A stretch of DNA of 64,000 nt, from positions 5,055-69,054 of the forward strand of contig CAUVXA020000004.1 of assembly GCA_963555795.3 (NCBI GenBank), read 5' to 3'. Position 1 is the first letter of the stretch. Every line of letters begins with the position of its first letter. Under the pieces are notes generated by a model, which was not told where the DNA came from, searched no databases, and worked only from the letters and a program-made list of their open reading frames with translations. Of the stretch, positions 18,600 to 27,346 are shown one piece after another. This stretch comes from Longimicrobiales bacterium. GTDB lineage: Bacteria; Gemmatimonadota; Gemmatimonadetes; Longimicrobiales; Gaopeijiaceae. The position numbers and the translations under genes are program-made.

Positions 18600-20220
18600 T
18601 TCAAGCGGTCGTCGCAACAGTACCGTGTTGAAGGGTTTTCATGTGCCCCCGATTTTGCTGGACACTAGGCTGGCGAGGGCGACGGGGTCCAGAAAGAAAG
18701 AAGTGGGTTCTTGATTTGATGTCTCCCAACCCGAGGGAGTCAGAAGCGACCGATGGTCGTTGAAGGCTGGAGATACGGGAGCGGCAGAGCATTTCAACGC
18801 AAGGTTGAGGTCTGGTTCTTTGATGATAACAGATCTTCCAAGGTTTCCGCCGGAGTTCTCCAACCGAGGGTCTTGCGGGGGCGGCTGTTGAGAGCGGCTG
18901 CGACGGCGGCGAGATCGTCAGCGGTATGTCTGCTGAGGTCAGTGCCCTTTGGGAAGTACTGTCTCAACAGGCCGTTGGTGTTTTCGTTCGTGCCGCGCTG
19001 CCACGGGCTCTGCGGGTCGCAGAAGTAGATGGCCAGGCCAGTATCGATGCGAAGCCGTGCGTGCTGAGCCATCTCTGTTCCCTGGTCCCATGTCAGAGAC
19101 CGGCGGAGTTGCTCGGGCAGGGTCGTGATCGACGAAGCGATCGCGTCCCGGACGGCTTCGGCACCGTGTCCAGCCAACGCTGGACCGTTCTTGGTCCTGG
19201 CCTCGCCGTGTTTGTCATGGCGGGGAAGGTGGAGCAGCATCGTGAACCTGGAGGTCCGCTCGACCAGCGTTCCGGTCGCCGAACTGCCCAGCCCCAAGAT
19301 CAGGTCGCCTTCCCAGTGCCCGGGAACGGCGCGGTCGTCTGCCTCGGCCGGTCGCTCGCTGAGCATGATCTCGGGGTGAACGAACGTCTTGCCCCGTCCG
19401 CGGGTGCGAGCTCGAGGCACCCGTAACGTGCGTCCCGTCCGAAGGCACGCTGTCAGCTCCCGTCGCAGCGCACCGCGGCCTGGAACGTAGAGCGCCTGGT
19501 AGATGGCTTCGTGCGATATACGCATGGACTCATCGCCGGGGAAGTCGACCCGTAGCCTGTTGGCGATCTGCTCGGGACTCCACGAGGCCGCCCGCCGCCG
19601 GTCTTGTCGGCGACCGTGACGCCGTCCGATCCAGCGCACATCGGGGCCTGCCAGAGCGGCACCGTCCAGAGCTCGGATCAGGCCTCCGAGGCGATCCTGC
19701 ACATACTGCCTCAGTTCGCCGTTCGTAGCGAGCTTCGCAAGCTTTGGACGTTTCGCTCGCCGGTCGGCGTGCCATTGAGCGGTCGTGGCCCGATACTCGA
19801 GGTTCCCTCCTCCTGTAGCTGCGTTGCGCCGCAGTTCTCGCGAGATCGTCGAGGGTGAGCGGCCCAACTGCCGGGCGATCTCGCGCACGCCACGACCACG
19901 GGCTCGAAGAACGGCGATCTCTTCTCGCTCAACGAACGAGAGATAGCGCCGTGACTGGGGACGAAGATTGAGTGGTGGCATGCCACCACATTCGCGAAAC
20001 CAGCGTGTCCCGACAGCAGGGGACACACCCGCTGCCACGGCGGCCTCCTCGCTCGACAGACCTCGAGCGATCTCTTTCCAGAACCTCTGCCGATGCTCGC
20101 GCCGTCCCACCGGCGGACGGCCTGGTGAACGCATCCGCGGACGTAGGGCTCGATCCGCTCCTCGGTGCCTGCTCGCTGCCATCGCAACATCTCCCTGAGG
20201 TGTTGCGACGACCGCTTGAA
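18600..20220 (-). mobile_element. IS30-family element (about 1.62 kb)
   Basis: Perfect 20-bp inverted repeats TGTTGCGACGACCGCTTGAA at 20201-20220 and, as reverse complement, 18600-18619, enclose one IS30-type transposase. Confidence 0.7.
18794..20182 (-). CDS. IS30-family transposase (likely start at MRSPGRPP, 20134)
   Basis: HTH region (LSFVEREEIAVLRARGRGVREIARQLGRSPSTISRELRRN) and DDE core (VPGHWEGDLI..., LTWDQGTEMAQH, FCDPQSPWQRGTNENTNGLLRQYFPKGTDL). Confidence 0.9.
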   Translation of the reverse strand: MAASRHRGADRALRPRMRSPGRPPVGRREHRQRFWKEIARGLSSEEAAVAAGVSPAVGTRWFRECGGMPPLNLRPQSRRYLSFVEREEIAVLRARGRGVREIARQLGRSPSTISRELRRNAATGGGNLEYRATTAQWHADRRAKRPKLAKLATNGELRQYVQDRLGGLIRALDGAALAGPDVRWIGRRHGRRQDRRRAASWSPEQIANRLRVDFPGDESMRISHEAIYQALYVPGRGALRRELTACLRTGRTLRVPRARTRGRGKTFVHPEIMLSERPAEADDRAVPGHWEGDLILGLGSSATGTLVERTSRFTMLLHLPRHDKHGEARTKNGPALAGHGAEAVRDAIASSITTLPEQLRRSLTWDQGTEMAQHARLRIDTGLAIYFCDPQSPWQRGTNENTNGLLRQYFPKGTDLSRHTADDLAAVAAALNSRPRKTLGWRTPAETLEDLLSSKNQTSTLR

Positions 20221-20671
20221 TTCACCCAGTATACGTCGCTGGCCTTCGGGAAGCGCTGCCGCGAGGCCGGCGTGGTGCAGTCGATGGGCTCGGTGGGCGA
20301 CGCCTACGATAACGCGATGTGCGAGAGCTTCTTCGCCACGCTGGAGTGCGAACTCCTCGACCGAAGTCGCTTTCCGACACCCGCGGACGCGCGGCGTGAA
20401 GTCTTCGGCTTCATCGAGGGCTTCTACAACACCCGCAGGATCCATTCGGCGCTCGGCTACAAGTCGCCGACGAACTTCGAGAGACTCAACCATGCGGCCT
20501 GAAGCGAAGGTGCAGCGCCGGGGCGACCGAAGCGCTCCGGACTTCTCCTGGCCGTTCGCCTCGTCGGCGATGTACGTTGCCTCTCTCACTGGAATGACGA
20601 GGGAGAAAAGGAACCATATCAGACACCATCAACCCCAGAAACCAACCGTCCGTGAAAGCGGGGTAGCTCCA
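20221..20671 (+). mobile_element. IS3-family right-end remnant (OrfB C-terminal half plus terminus)
   Basis: QYTSLAFGKRCREAGVVQSMGSVGDAYDNAMCESFFATLECELL...FYNTRRIHSALGYKSPTNFERLNHAA* (stop at 20502). The terminus ...GTGAAAGCGGGGTAGCTCCA ends at 20671. Confidence 0.75.
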
Positions 20672-20910
20672 AGAATGTGCGCGTTTCCCGCTCCGTCGAA
20701 GGCAACATCCGCAAGCAGACCGAAGCTCTCCCAATCCTCCCCCATGTACGCCCCGACGGTGTAGACGTCCTCGGTCACGGCGGTCATCATGACGTCCGGG
20801 CCCTCCAGAGTTCCCGGAGGACCACCGGCACGGGGCACGGCCGCGGAGTCGCCGCACGCGAGGGTGCTTCCCAGCGCACTCGTGATCAGTATCTGAATCC
20901 AGGTTCTCAT
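20672..20910 (-). pseudogene. N-terminal fragment of a beta-propeller-type lipoprotein, cut by the IS3 end
   Basis: MRTWIQILITSALGSTLACGDS (lipobox LAC) ...VYTVGAYMGEDWESFGLLADVAFDGAGNAHIL, then the IS terminus. Confidence 0.45.
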
Positions 20911-20972
20911 CGACGAAGAGTATCTTTCGCCGGGCGACTTTGCGCAAATCTTACCACCAAATGGAAGCTGAC

Positions 20973-22181
20973 ATGACCCTGCGAGCACTCTGCGTCACCG
21001 GCGCCATGGCGACCTGTCTTGCCTGCGGAGCGGAGCCGGGCCCGCCGGAGGTGACGCTTGCGATCACCGGACAGGCGTTGATCAAGCTGGACCCGCGCCT
21101 TATCGCCGAGACGCCGTTCGCGACGGTCCAGCCGATCGTTGCATCCGCCGACATCGCCTTCACCAATTTCGAGATGGCGGTGAATGGGGAGGACAACCCC
21201 TGCGGCGTTCCGGCCGACTACGTGACCATCACAGGCAGTCCCGATATCCCCCGTTCGCTCCGTCCAGGCAATACGGATGCACCCCACGCCGTGTCTCCTG
21301 TCGTGATGCAGTACCTGGCGGGGATGGGGTTCGACCTGATGTCGCTTGCAAACAACCATGCCTGGGACCTGGGGGAATGCGGTATCCGCGAAACGATCGC
21401 GGCCGCCCGGGAGAACGGGGTGGTGATTGCCGGCACCGGGACCACGATGCAAGCGGCCCTCGCCCCGGCCTATCTCGAGGCTGGTGGGATCACGTTTGCA
21501 CTGGTGGCGTCGACCACGAGTCGAGACGAACGCGAGCTGTTGCTGGACAACGTGAACGGGGTCTGGCTGGGCCACCAGGCAGATTGGGACCGGAACCTGG
21601 AGGCGGTCAGGGAGGCGGCCGCGAATGCGGACTTCGTCATCTACTATCAGCACTTGCAGTTGGACGGTGGCAATTTCGACGGGGTAGGTCCGGGAGAGCA
21701 GAACGAGGACGGTCACTATCCCGTGCCCGATCTCGAGGCATGGCAGGAGGAATTCGCCAAGGCGATAATCGACGCCGGTGCGTCGCTCTATCTGGGCGGT
21801 GGCCACCGGGGGTTCGATGGCGTCGAGTGGTACCGGGGGCGCCCGATCGTACGGCAATTCGGCGGGCTCGCCTATCACGCGATGCGCGACGTGGGCGGCT
21901 ACCCCGGAGAGTTCGCGTTTTGGGGCCTCATTGGTCTGCTGACCGTGGCGGGCGACCAGGTGACCGGGATGGAGTTCGTGCCCCTGGTCCTGAACGAAGG
22001 CTCCGAGTGGTTCGAGGCGAACGACCGCACCCAATTCCTCCGTCGACGTGGGATGTCGGAGGTGGCCACCGGCGTCATGGCGGACTCGATCCTGGGTCGA
22101 TTCCAGGAGCTCTCGGAGGCTTATGGTACGCCCGTTGTCGTCAGGGATGGGCGGGGCTTTGTTCGTCCTCCGGGTGCGTAG
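20973..22181 (+). CDS. CapA/PGA_cap-family metallophosphatase-like lipoprotein
   Basis: MTLRALCVTGAMATCLACG signal/lipobox, SADIAFTNFE, FDLMSLANNHAWDLG, FVIYYQH; this is the typical CapA layout. Confidence 0.8.
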   Translation: MTLRALCVTGAMATCLACGAEPGPPEVTLAITGQALIKLDPRLIAETPFATVQPIVASADIAFTNFEMAVNGEDNPCGVPADYVTITGSPDIPRSLRPGNTDAPHAVSPVVMQYLAGMGFDLMSLANNHAWDLGECGIRETIAAARENGVVIAGTGTTMQAALAPAYLEAGGITFALVASTTSRDERELLLDNVNGVWLGHQADWDRNLEAVREAAANADFVIYYQHLQLDGGNFDGVGPGEQNEDGHYPVPDLEAWQEEFAKAIIDAGASLYLGGGHRGFDGVEWYRGRPIVRQFGGLAYHAMRDVGGYPGEFAFWGLIGLLTVAGDQVTGMEFVPLVLNEGSEWFEANDRTQFLRRRGMSEVATGVMADSILGRFQELSEAYGTPVVVRDGRGFVRPPGA

Positions 22182-22484
22182 GGCGTAGCTTACCCCTGGC
22201 TGCGTCGTGCAATTGAATGCCCCGGCATTGGGGTACGCACACAGTTACTTTCGTGGCCCGCCAGGCTCCTCCGATCAAGAAACTGACCCGATCCCCGCCT
22301 TGCCACTTCGTTTAGATCGTTCTCAAGTGAGCAGCTGGCTGAGGTGCAGGCAGCGCTGGCGGAGGAACTCGAGGACTCCAACCAGGGATTGCCGCGGGGT
22401 TTTGGGAGGGTGACTTCGTAGGGAGACTGTCGCAGACCTGCGTCGTCATCTTGCGGGCAAATGCCCGATCGCTGAAGGCTGCTG

Positions 22485-23012
22485 CTATTCCAGCCCACTG
22501 AGATTGACGAGTTCTTGGACGGCCGCACGAAAATCAATCTTGACGTTGTCGATATCGCCCCGATGAGCGGTGAACCGACGACTGTGCGCCGAGTTGTCAC
22601 CCAACTCCTTGACCTCGGTGAGAGCGCGCTTTGTTGCCCGGCCCAGATTCCAACTGGACTCACCGATTGCATGCCCGACGAGTCCCTTGAGCTGTAGGTA
22701 GTCACCCCCATCCGTCTGAATCTTCTCAGGCATCCCCCTTTCCTCGAACAACTCGATGATGAGGGTCTCGAGTAGTCGTCGCATCATCACTGCGCAGGCG
22801 TCGTACCAACCGCGTTCGTACGAGCCGTTGAGCTGGTGTGTGATGTTCTCAAGATACCCTCGTGTCCCGCGAACTATCGACAACGGTAGGACATGCTGTG
22901 TTTGCGAGGCTGCCCCATTCTCCGGCGGCAGCCGCAACTCCCGGGTTTCGTCTGCCAGCCTTTTCAGGAAACCAAGACCGGCCTTGGCACCCTCGGAACT
23001 ACCGCCCTTCAT
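22485..23012 (-). CDS. DUF4145/HEPN-like protein (cassette gene 3)
   Basis: YDACAVMMRRLLETLIIELFE....LQLKGLVGHAIGE....ATKRALTEVKELGDNSAHS follows the DUF4145 pattern (..R.lLE...........I..L.......l..iR.lGN..aH) with K in place of the usual R. The start overlaps the upstream stop by 14 nt. Confidence 0.55.
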   Translation of the reverse strand: MKGGSSEGAKAGLGFLKRLADETRELRLPPENGAASQTQHVLPLSIVRGTRGYLENITHQLNGSYERGWYDACAVMMRRLLETLIIELFEERGMPEKIQTDGGDYLQLKGLVGHAIGESSWNLGRATKRALTEVKELGDNSAHSRRFTAHRGDIDNVKIDFRAAVQELVNLSGLE

Positions 23013-23688
23013 CGCTCTGTCGGTACAGGTGCTTCGCCATGCTCGCGAAGATCTGGTCGATCTGCTCCAGCGTCACGCTCGCATCGATGCGAATCTCGAG
23101 GTTGAGGCGCACATCGGGCATCTCAATCTGTCCCACATGGAGGCGAGGATTCTGCTCTTGACTCGTGGATCCTCGTTTCTCGATCTCCGGCTGTGCCGCC
23201 GATTTGCGTTGCGACCGTGAGCGCATCCTCTTTCTCTTCTTGGGAGCCGAGGTCTTCTTCCCAGCAGATGGTTCGGCATCGGTGAGCAGCGAGTAGAACG
23301 CTACCATTTTACTGACTGCGCTCTCCCCAAGCCCGGTTGAACCCATGAACCAGCGCTTCGCCGTATCACCGGGGTCGGATGGATTCGGGACGGCATCCAG
23401 CAGTTCTTGAGGATATATCTCCTTCCGCATTTCCTCGCACACGCCCTTGTATTCGGCATCGTCTCGCCATCGGATGGCTCTGTCTGTCGGTGTGCCTTCG
23501 TCATCGACTAGGCCGACGGCTGTCAACCCGGGGAGAATGTTTGCCCTGGCCGAGTTCTTCTGGGTTTCAAGGACCGTTGCCAGATATGAGGGCGTAACAG
23601 TGGCCGGAATAGACTGATTGAACTTGACGCGGAGGGTCCACCAATGCTTGGCGGGAACAACGGGATAGGTGTTGGATGTGGAGGCCAT
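22999..23688 (-). CDS. DUF5343-like protein with a Lys/Arg-rich linker (cassette gene 2)
   Basis: MASTSNTYPVVPAKHWWTLRVKFNQSIPATVTPSYLATVLETQKNSARANILPGLTAVGLVDDEGTPTDRA resembles the DUF5343 N-terminal module as I recall it. This is followed by KKTSAPKKRKRMRSRSQRK and a short C-terminal domain. Confidence 0.45.
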   Translation of the reverse strand: MASTSNTYPVVPAKHWWTLRVKFNQSIPATVTPSYLATVLETQKNSARANILPGLTAVGLVDDEGTPTDRAIRWRDDAEYKGVCEEMRKEIYPQELLDAVPNPSDPGDTAKRWFMGSTGLGESAVSKMVAFYSLLTDAEPSAGKKTSAPKKRKRMRSRSQRKSAAQPEIEKRGSTSQEQNPRLHVGQIEMPDVRLNLEIRIDASVTLEQIDQIFASMAKHLYRQSDEGR

Positions 23689-23749
23689 GGAGATTGTCCC
23701 TTGATAGATGGAAGGTGTTCTTGGGTACTTGCCGCCGTTGCCGGCTGGT

Positions 23750-24412
23750 CTACGACAGGAGGCGTTTGCTCTCAACCTCCCGCTTACCTACAAGCGTGAT
23801 CTGATATCCAATCCCGTCACTGTGGACGAAGGCCAGATCGTGCTCCAGGCGTCGAAGTGTCCTTCGTAGGTTGGCGCGCATCGAAGGACGCGCCCACTCG
23901 GTCAGTTGCTTCACCGTGGCGCCTAGGCGACCTCGCTGATACAGCAGTACCAGACAGTGATCCCCTGCTTGGAGCTCAGGGTTGAGCACCTTCAAGAAGC
24001 CATCAAAGTCCTCGATGACCGGGGCTTTGCGCGTCACCAAACCTGCGATCAATTCGTGGGCCTCCGAAGCCTCTACGCCATGATGGAGGCGGACGAATTC
24101 AGCGAGGGTCCAGTCGAGAATCGCTACCACGACGCTGGAGTCTTGGATGTTTGGATCGATCCCATCCGCCAGGTGCGCAGCGTCACGGTTGTTTCGAACG
24201 TCGTAGATGACCCGCAAGGCTCTCGGAATATGCAGGCGGATCGAGTCCGAGACCGAGCCGACGGGTAGGGCGGCAAGCTGTCGTGCCAGTTGGTCCGCGT
24301 TCAAACGTCTACCCAGCGGGACGAAGCTGCCTGTAGCCACCTGCTCGAGTATTCGATAGGCGGCCTCGCAGAAGCGACCACCCTCGACCGCACTCAATCT
24401 GTGACCGCCCAA
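23750..24412 (-). CDS. HEPN-like domain plus C-terminal winged-helix protein (cassette gene 1)
   Basis: TTG start. ..IPRALRVIYDVRNNRDAAHLADGIDPNIQDSSVVVAILDWTLAEFVRL contains an Rx6H (RNNRDAAH) HEPN-type motif. The C-terminal LVLLYQRGRLGATVKQLTEWARPSMRANLRRTLRRLEHDLAFVHSDGIGYQITLVG looks like a wHTH. Confidence 0.5.
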   Translation of the reverse strand: MGGHRLSAVEGGRFCEAAYRILEQVATGSFVPLGRRLNADQLARQLAALPVGSVSDSIRLHIPRALRVIYDVRNNRDAAHLADGIDPNIQDSSVVVAILDWTLAEFVRLHHGVEASEAHELIAGLVTRKAPVIEDFDGFLKVLNPELQAGDHCLVLLYQRGRLGATVKQLTEWARPSMRANLRRTLRRLEHDLAFVHSDGIGYQITLVGKREVESKRLLS

Positions 24413-24444
24413 GTAGTGATTGCTCTTCGCTTCATCGTAGGCGG

Positions 24445-25958
24445 CTAGCAGCCCGTGGATAAAGTCCGTCTCTGCGAGTTTCGTGTAAAAGGGTTAAATT
24501 ACAGGGGTACATGAACCTTAGTGAGCGGGGACGGCGATGGCGATAGGCAGACGGCCCGGGGCACGGCAGCACGACATTTTTGTGGCGGCGAGCGAGATCC
24601 GCGCGGGAGGCAGCCCGTTCTACCGGGCGTTGGACAGACTGTTGCGCGAGAACGGATTCGACGGTTTTGCGGAAGAGACCTGCCGCGAGTTCTATGCGGG
24701 CAACCGGGGGCGGCCGGGTGTTCCTCCCGGGGTCTGCTTCCGCATGCTGATGGCGGGGTATCTGGAGGGGACCGGCTCGGAGCGCGGCATCGCCTGGCGG
24801 TGTGCGGACTCGTTTTCGCTGCGCGAGTTTCTGGGATACGGGCTGGCGGAGAACCCGCCGGAGCATTCCACCCTGTCGAAGACGCGGAAGCGGCTGAGCG
24901 TTGAGGCGCACGCGGCGGTCTTCGGCTTCGTGCTGGAGCGGCTGCAGGTGTCGGGCCTGCTGCGCGGCAAGACGCTGGGGGTCGACGCGACGACGCTGGA
25001 GGCGAACGCGGCGCTGCGCACGATTGTGCGGCGCGCCGGCGGGACGGAGTACGAGGAGTGGCTGGCGCAGCTGGCGCGGGCCTCGGGGATCGAGACGCCG
25101 ACGCGGGAAGACCTGGCGAAGCTGGACCGGAAGCGTCCGAACAAGGGGTCGAACAAGGACTGGGTGCATCCGCACGATCCGGAGGCGCGGATCACGAAGA
25201 TGAAGGACGGCAGGACACACCTGGCGCACAAGCTCGAACACGCGGTCGATATGGAAACCGGAGCCGTCGTCGGGCTGACGGTGCAGACGATGGACGGGGG
25301 AGACACCGCCTCGCTGCCGGTCACGCTGGACGAGGCGGAGCGGCAGCTGGCGGAGGCGGGAGTGGAGGCGAAGGAGGTGGTGGCGGACAAGGGCTGCCAC
25401 TCGAACGCGACCATGACGGGCGTGAAGGAGCGGAAGCTGCGGGCGTACGTGAGCGAGCCCAACCGGGGGCGCCGGAAGTGGAAGGGCAAGCGGGACGCGC
25501 AGAAGGCGACCTATGCCAACCGCCGGCGGATCCGGGGCAACCGGGGCAAGCGGCTGCAGCGCGGGCGCGGGGAGAAGGTGGAGCGGCCGTTCGCGCACAT
25601 GCTTGAGACCGGCGGCATGCGCCGCCTCCACGTTCGGGGCCAGAAGAACATTCGAAAACGAATGCTCGTCCACGCGGCGGCCTTCAACCTCGGGCTCCTC
25701 ATGCGCAAGCGGTTCGGCGTTGGAACCCCCCGTGCATTGCAGGGCCTCGCTGCCATACAAGCTGCACTCTCAACTCAGGTCACAACCCGCGTCTTGCGCT
25801 TTTTCCCCCGTATCCGGCGCATTTCCGCCCTTCCTGAGCCGAATATCGCCTCCTCACGCCCGAAGACCCGCTTCTTGCACAACAACACCGCGGCCGCGCG
25901 TCCGTTTTCTCTCCCAGCCATCATCCGCTGGGCACCCACTTCTTCCACGGGCTGCTAG
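24445..25958 (+). mobile_element. Full-length IS1182-family (IS5-like) element, 1514 bp
   Basis: Inverted termini CTAGCAGCCCGTGGA (24445-) and TCCACGGGCTGCTAG (-25958), with a single 473-aa transposase. Confidence 0.85.
24537..25958 (+). CDS. IS1182-family DDE transposase
   Basis: DUF772-like N-terminus (FYRALDRLLRENGFD...RGRPGVPPGVCFRMLMAGYLEG), GVDATTLEANAA, VVADKGCHSN, ERPFAHMLETGGMRRLHVRGQKNIRKRMLVHAAAFNLGLLMR. Confidence 0.9.
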   Translation: MAIGRRPGARQHDIFVAASEIRAGGSPFYRALDRLLRENGFDGFAEETCREFYAGNRGRPGVPPGVCFRMLMAGYLEGTGSERGIAWRCADSFSLREFLGYGLAENPPEHSTLSKTRKRLSVEAHAAVFGFVLERLQVSGLLRGKTLGVDATTLEANAALRTIVRRAGGTEYEEWLAQLARASGIETPTREDLAKLDRKRPNKGSNKDWVHPHDPEARITKMKDGRTHLAHKLEHAVDMETGAVVGLTVQTMDGGDTASLPVTLDEAERQLAEAGVEAKEVVADKGCHSNATMTGVKERKLRAYVSEPNRGRRKWKGKRDAQKATYANRRRIRGNRGKRLQRGRGEKVERPFAHMLETGGMRRLHVRGQKNIRKRMLVHAAAFNLGLLMRKRFGVGTPRALQGLAAIQAALSTQVTTRVLRFFPRIRRISALPEPNIASSRPKTRFLHNNTAAARPFSLPAIIRWAPTSSTGC

Positions 25959-26978
25959 GAGTCTGCGCGCGCAGAAAACTTCTGCACGACTCTATGACCC
26001 CCAACATGTAGGGATCCAGAAGCCTCCGAATGCTACTGCATATGGTATCGGGATCGCGCCGACAATCGGCGCAAAACCGTTCTAACGACGCAGGCTCCTA
26101 GGGAAGCTCTGAACAGGCCGGTAGTTCGGCCCGTGTCGGGCTGAATGGCGCCGACTCGGCCGGTTGCCGACCTCCGAAGGGGTTCGGAGACGCGAACAAC
26201 GGACGTTTTGGGCCTGCTACCTGCCGTTCCGGTCCGGCCGGGACGGATGTCCCCCGCGACGGTCCGCTACGCCGTCGCATAGCGACCCGCCATCAGCAGG
26301 TTCGAAAAGCCGAGCAGCAGCACGCTACGCCACGAATGTTGTAAGTGATTGATAGTAAATCATTTACCGTATCTCATATCGCTGCCGTCCCCCCTTTAAC
26401 ATCCCTCTTTCTGGACGGGAACCTACGCGACCGCAGGGGACCTTGGCGGACAGGTGATCGTTGCGGAGGGTGGTCGATTCGATCCAAGGTCCGTGCTGTC
26501 TGAATCCCTAGATCAAAGGAAGTCTCCTGTAGGATAACAGGGAGCGCCCGCTCTTGCCGCGAAAGGACCGTCAATCCCAGTGCGGGAACCGCCCGAGAAC
26601 GGTAGCAGATGCAGATGACCGCGGAGAGGCCCGGATCGTGGAAGGCGATCAAGGTCCGTCAGGGAAGCCCGTCGGAGCCGGGAGCGGGCATCCGCAGGGC
26701 CTCCGACGGCGGCCCGAAAAGGCGGCACGAGCAATACGAGCGTGCGTGAAAGCATCGCCTCGATGGCCTTCCCACCAGGGACTGATGGAACGGGAGCGAC
26801 CCCCGGCGGAGGGTGGCATGGGCGTGCACATACCGACTCTCCCCGATGCCGATCGAGGCATGCCGAGATGGGGGGTCGCTCCCGTCCACGGTCGCAAGCT
26901 CCAGATCGGCATCGGCGCTCCGGCAGGCCGTGGTGCAACTGCAAGGCGGCCAGCGACATGCAGAACCACAGGCGTGCC

Positions 26979-27085
26979 CATTGGAAGGGCGATTTCGTGT
27001 GCATCCACCCCCGATGTCTGATGGGCACGCACGGATCGGCATCGACCCTCGGCGACTCGCGCTTAAGCTCCGCCCCCAGGGAGCC
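26979..27085 (+). repeat. Direct repeat copy A1 (about 80% identical to 28451-28556)
   Basis: Hand alignment: CATTGGAAGGGCG..TGTCTGATGGGCACGCACGGATCGGCATCGAC..CCAGGGAGCC versus CATGGGAATGGCG..TGTCTGATGTGCACGCGCGCATCGGCATCGAC..CCAGGGAGCC. Confidence 0.7.
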
Positions 27086-27346
27086 GGCTCGTACGCCATA
27101 CCGTACAGCCGTCGATCATCGCTTGCTGGGCACGCGGATCGCAGCAGTTTCCTTCAGCTCGACGATCCGCTTGAGGCACCCCGCAGACCGCAATGCTTCT
27201 CGATCACCGTGTTGTTCATGGTGCGGGTGGCGCGCTCGATCCGGGCGAATCTGGCGGCGGGCCGAGTCGCCCGGGGGCGGAGGCCGCGAAGACCGAGCCG
27301 GCTGCCCTCGGCGTCGCCCGCAAGCTAGAGCGCCTTGCAACGTCAG

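Noticed and set aside
20907-22034. 375-aa minus-strand ORF and the 279-aa plus-strand alternate at 21377-22216.
   Set aside because: They overlap the CapA-like gene, which has the convincing motifs.
24413-24444. Idea that IS1182 truncates the first gene of the HEPN-like cassette.
   Set aside because: Joining the flanks across a CTAG duplication gives an in-frame stop 11 codons upstream of the IS site and no earlier start. The TTG at 24412 is therefore the likely native start, and the IS sits in the 5' region rather than in the CDS.
26380-27340. Group II intron remnant (GTGCG..GAAAGC-like strings, hairpin near 27083).
   Set aside because: There is no reverse-transcriptase ORF. No convincing domain V is present (no GNRA-capped 14-bp helix with an AGC triad). 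The length is too short. I keep it only as an unexplained non-coding stretch.
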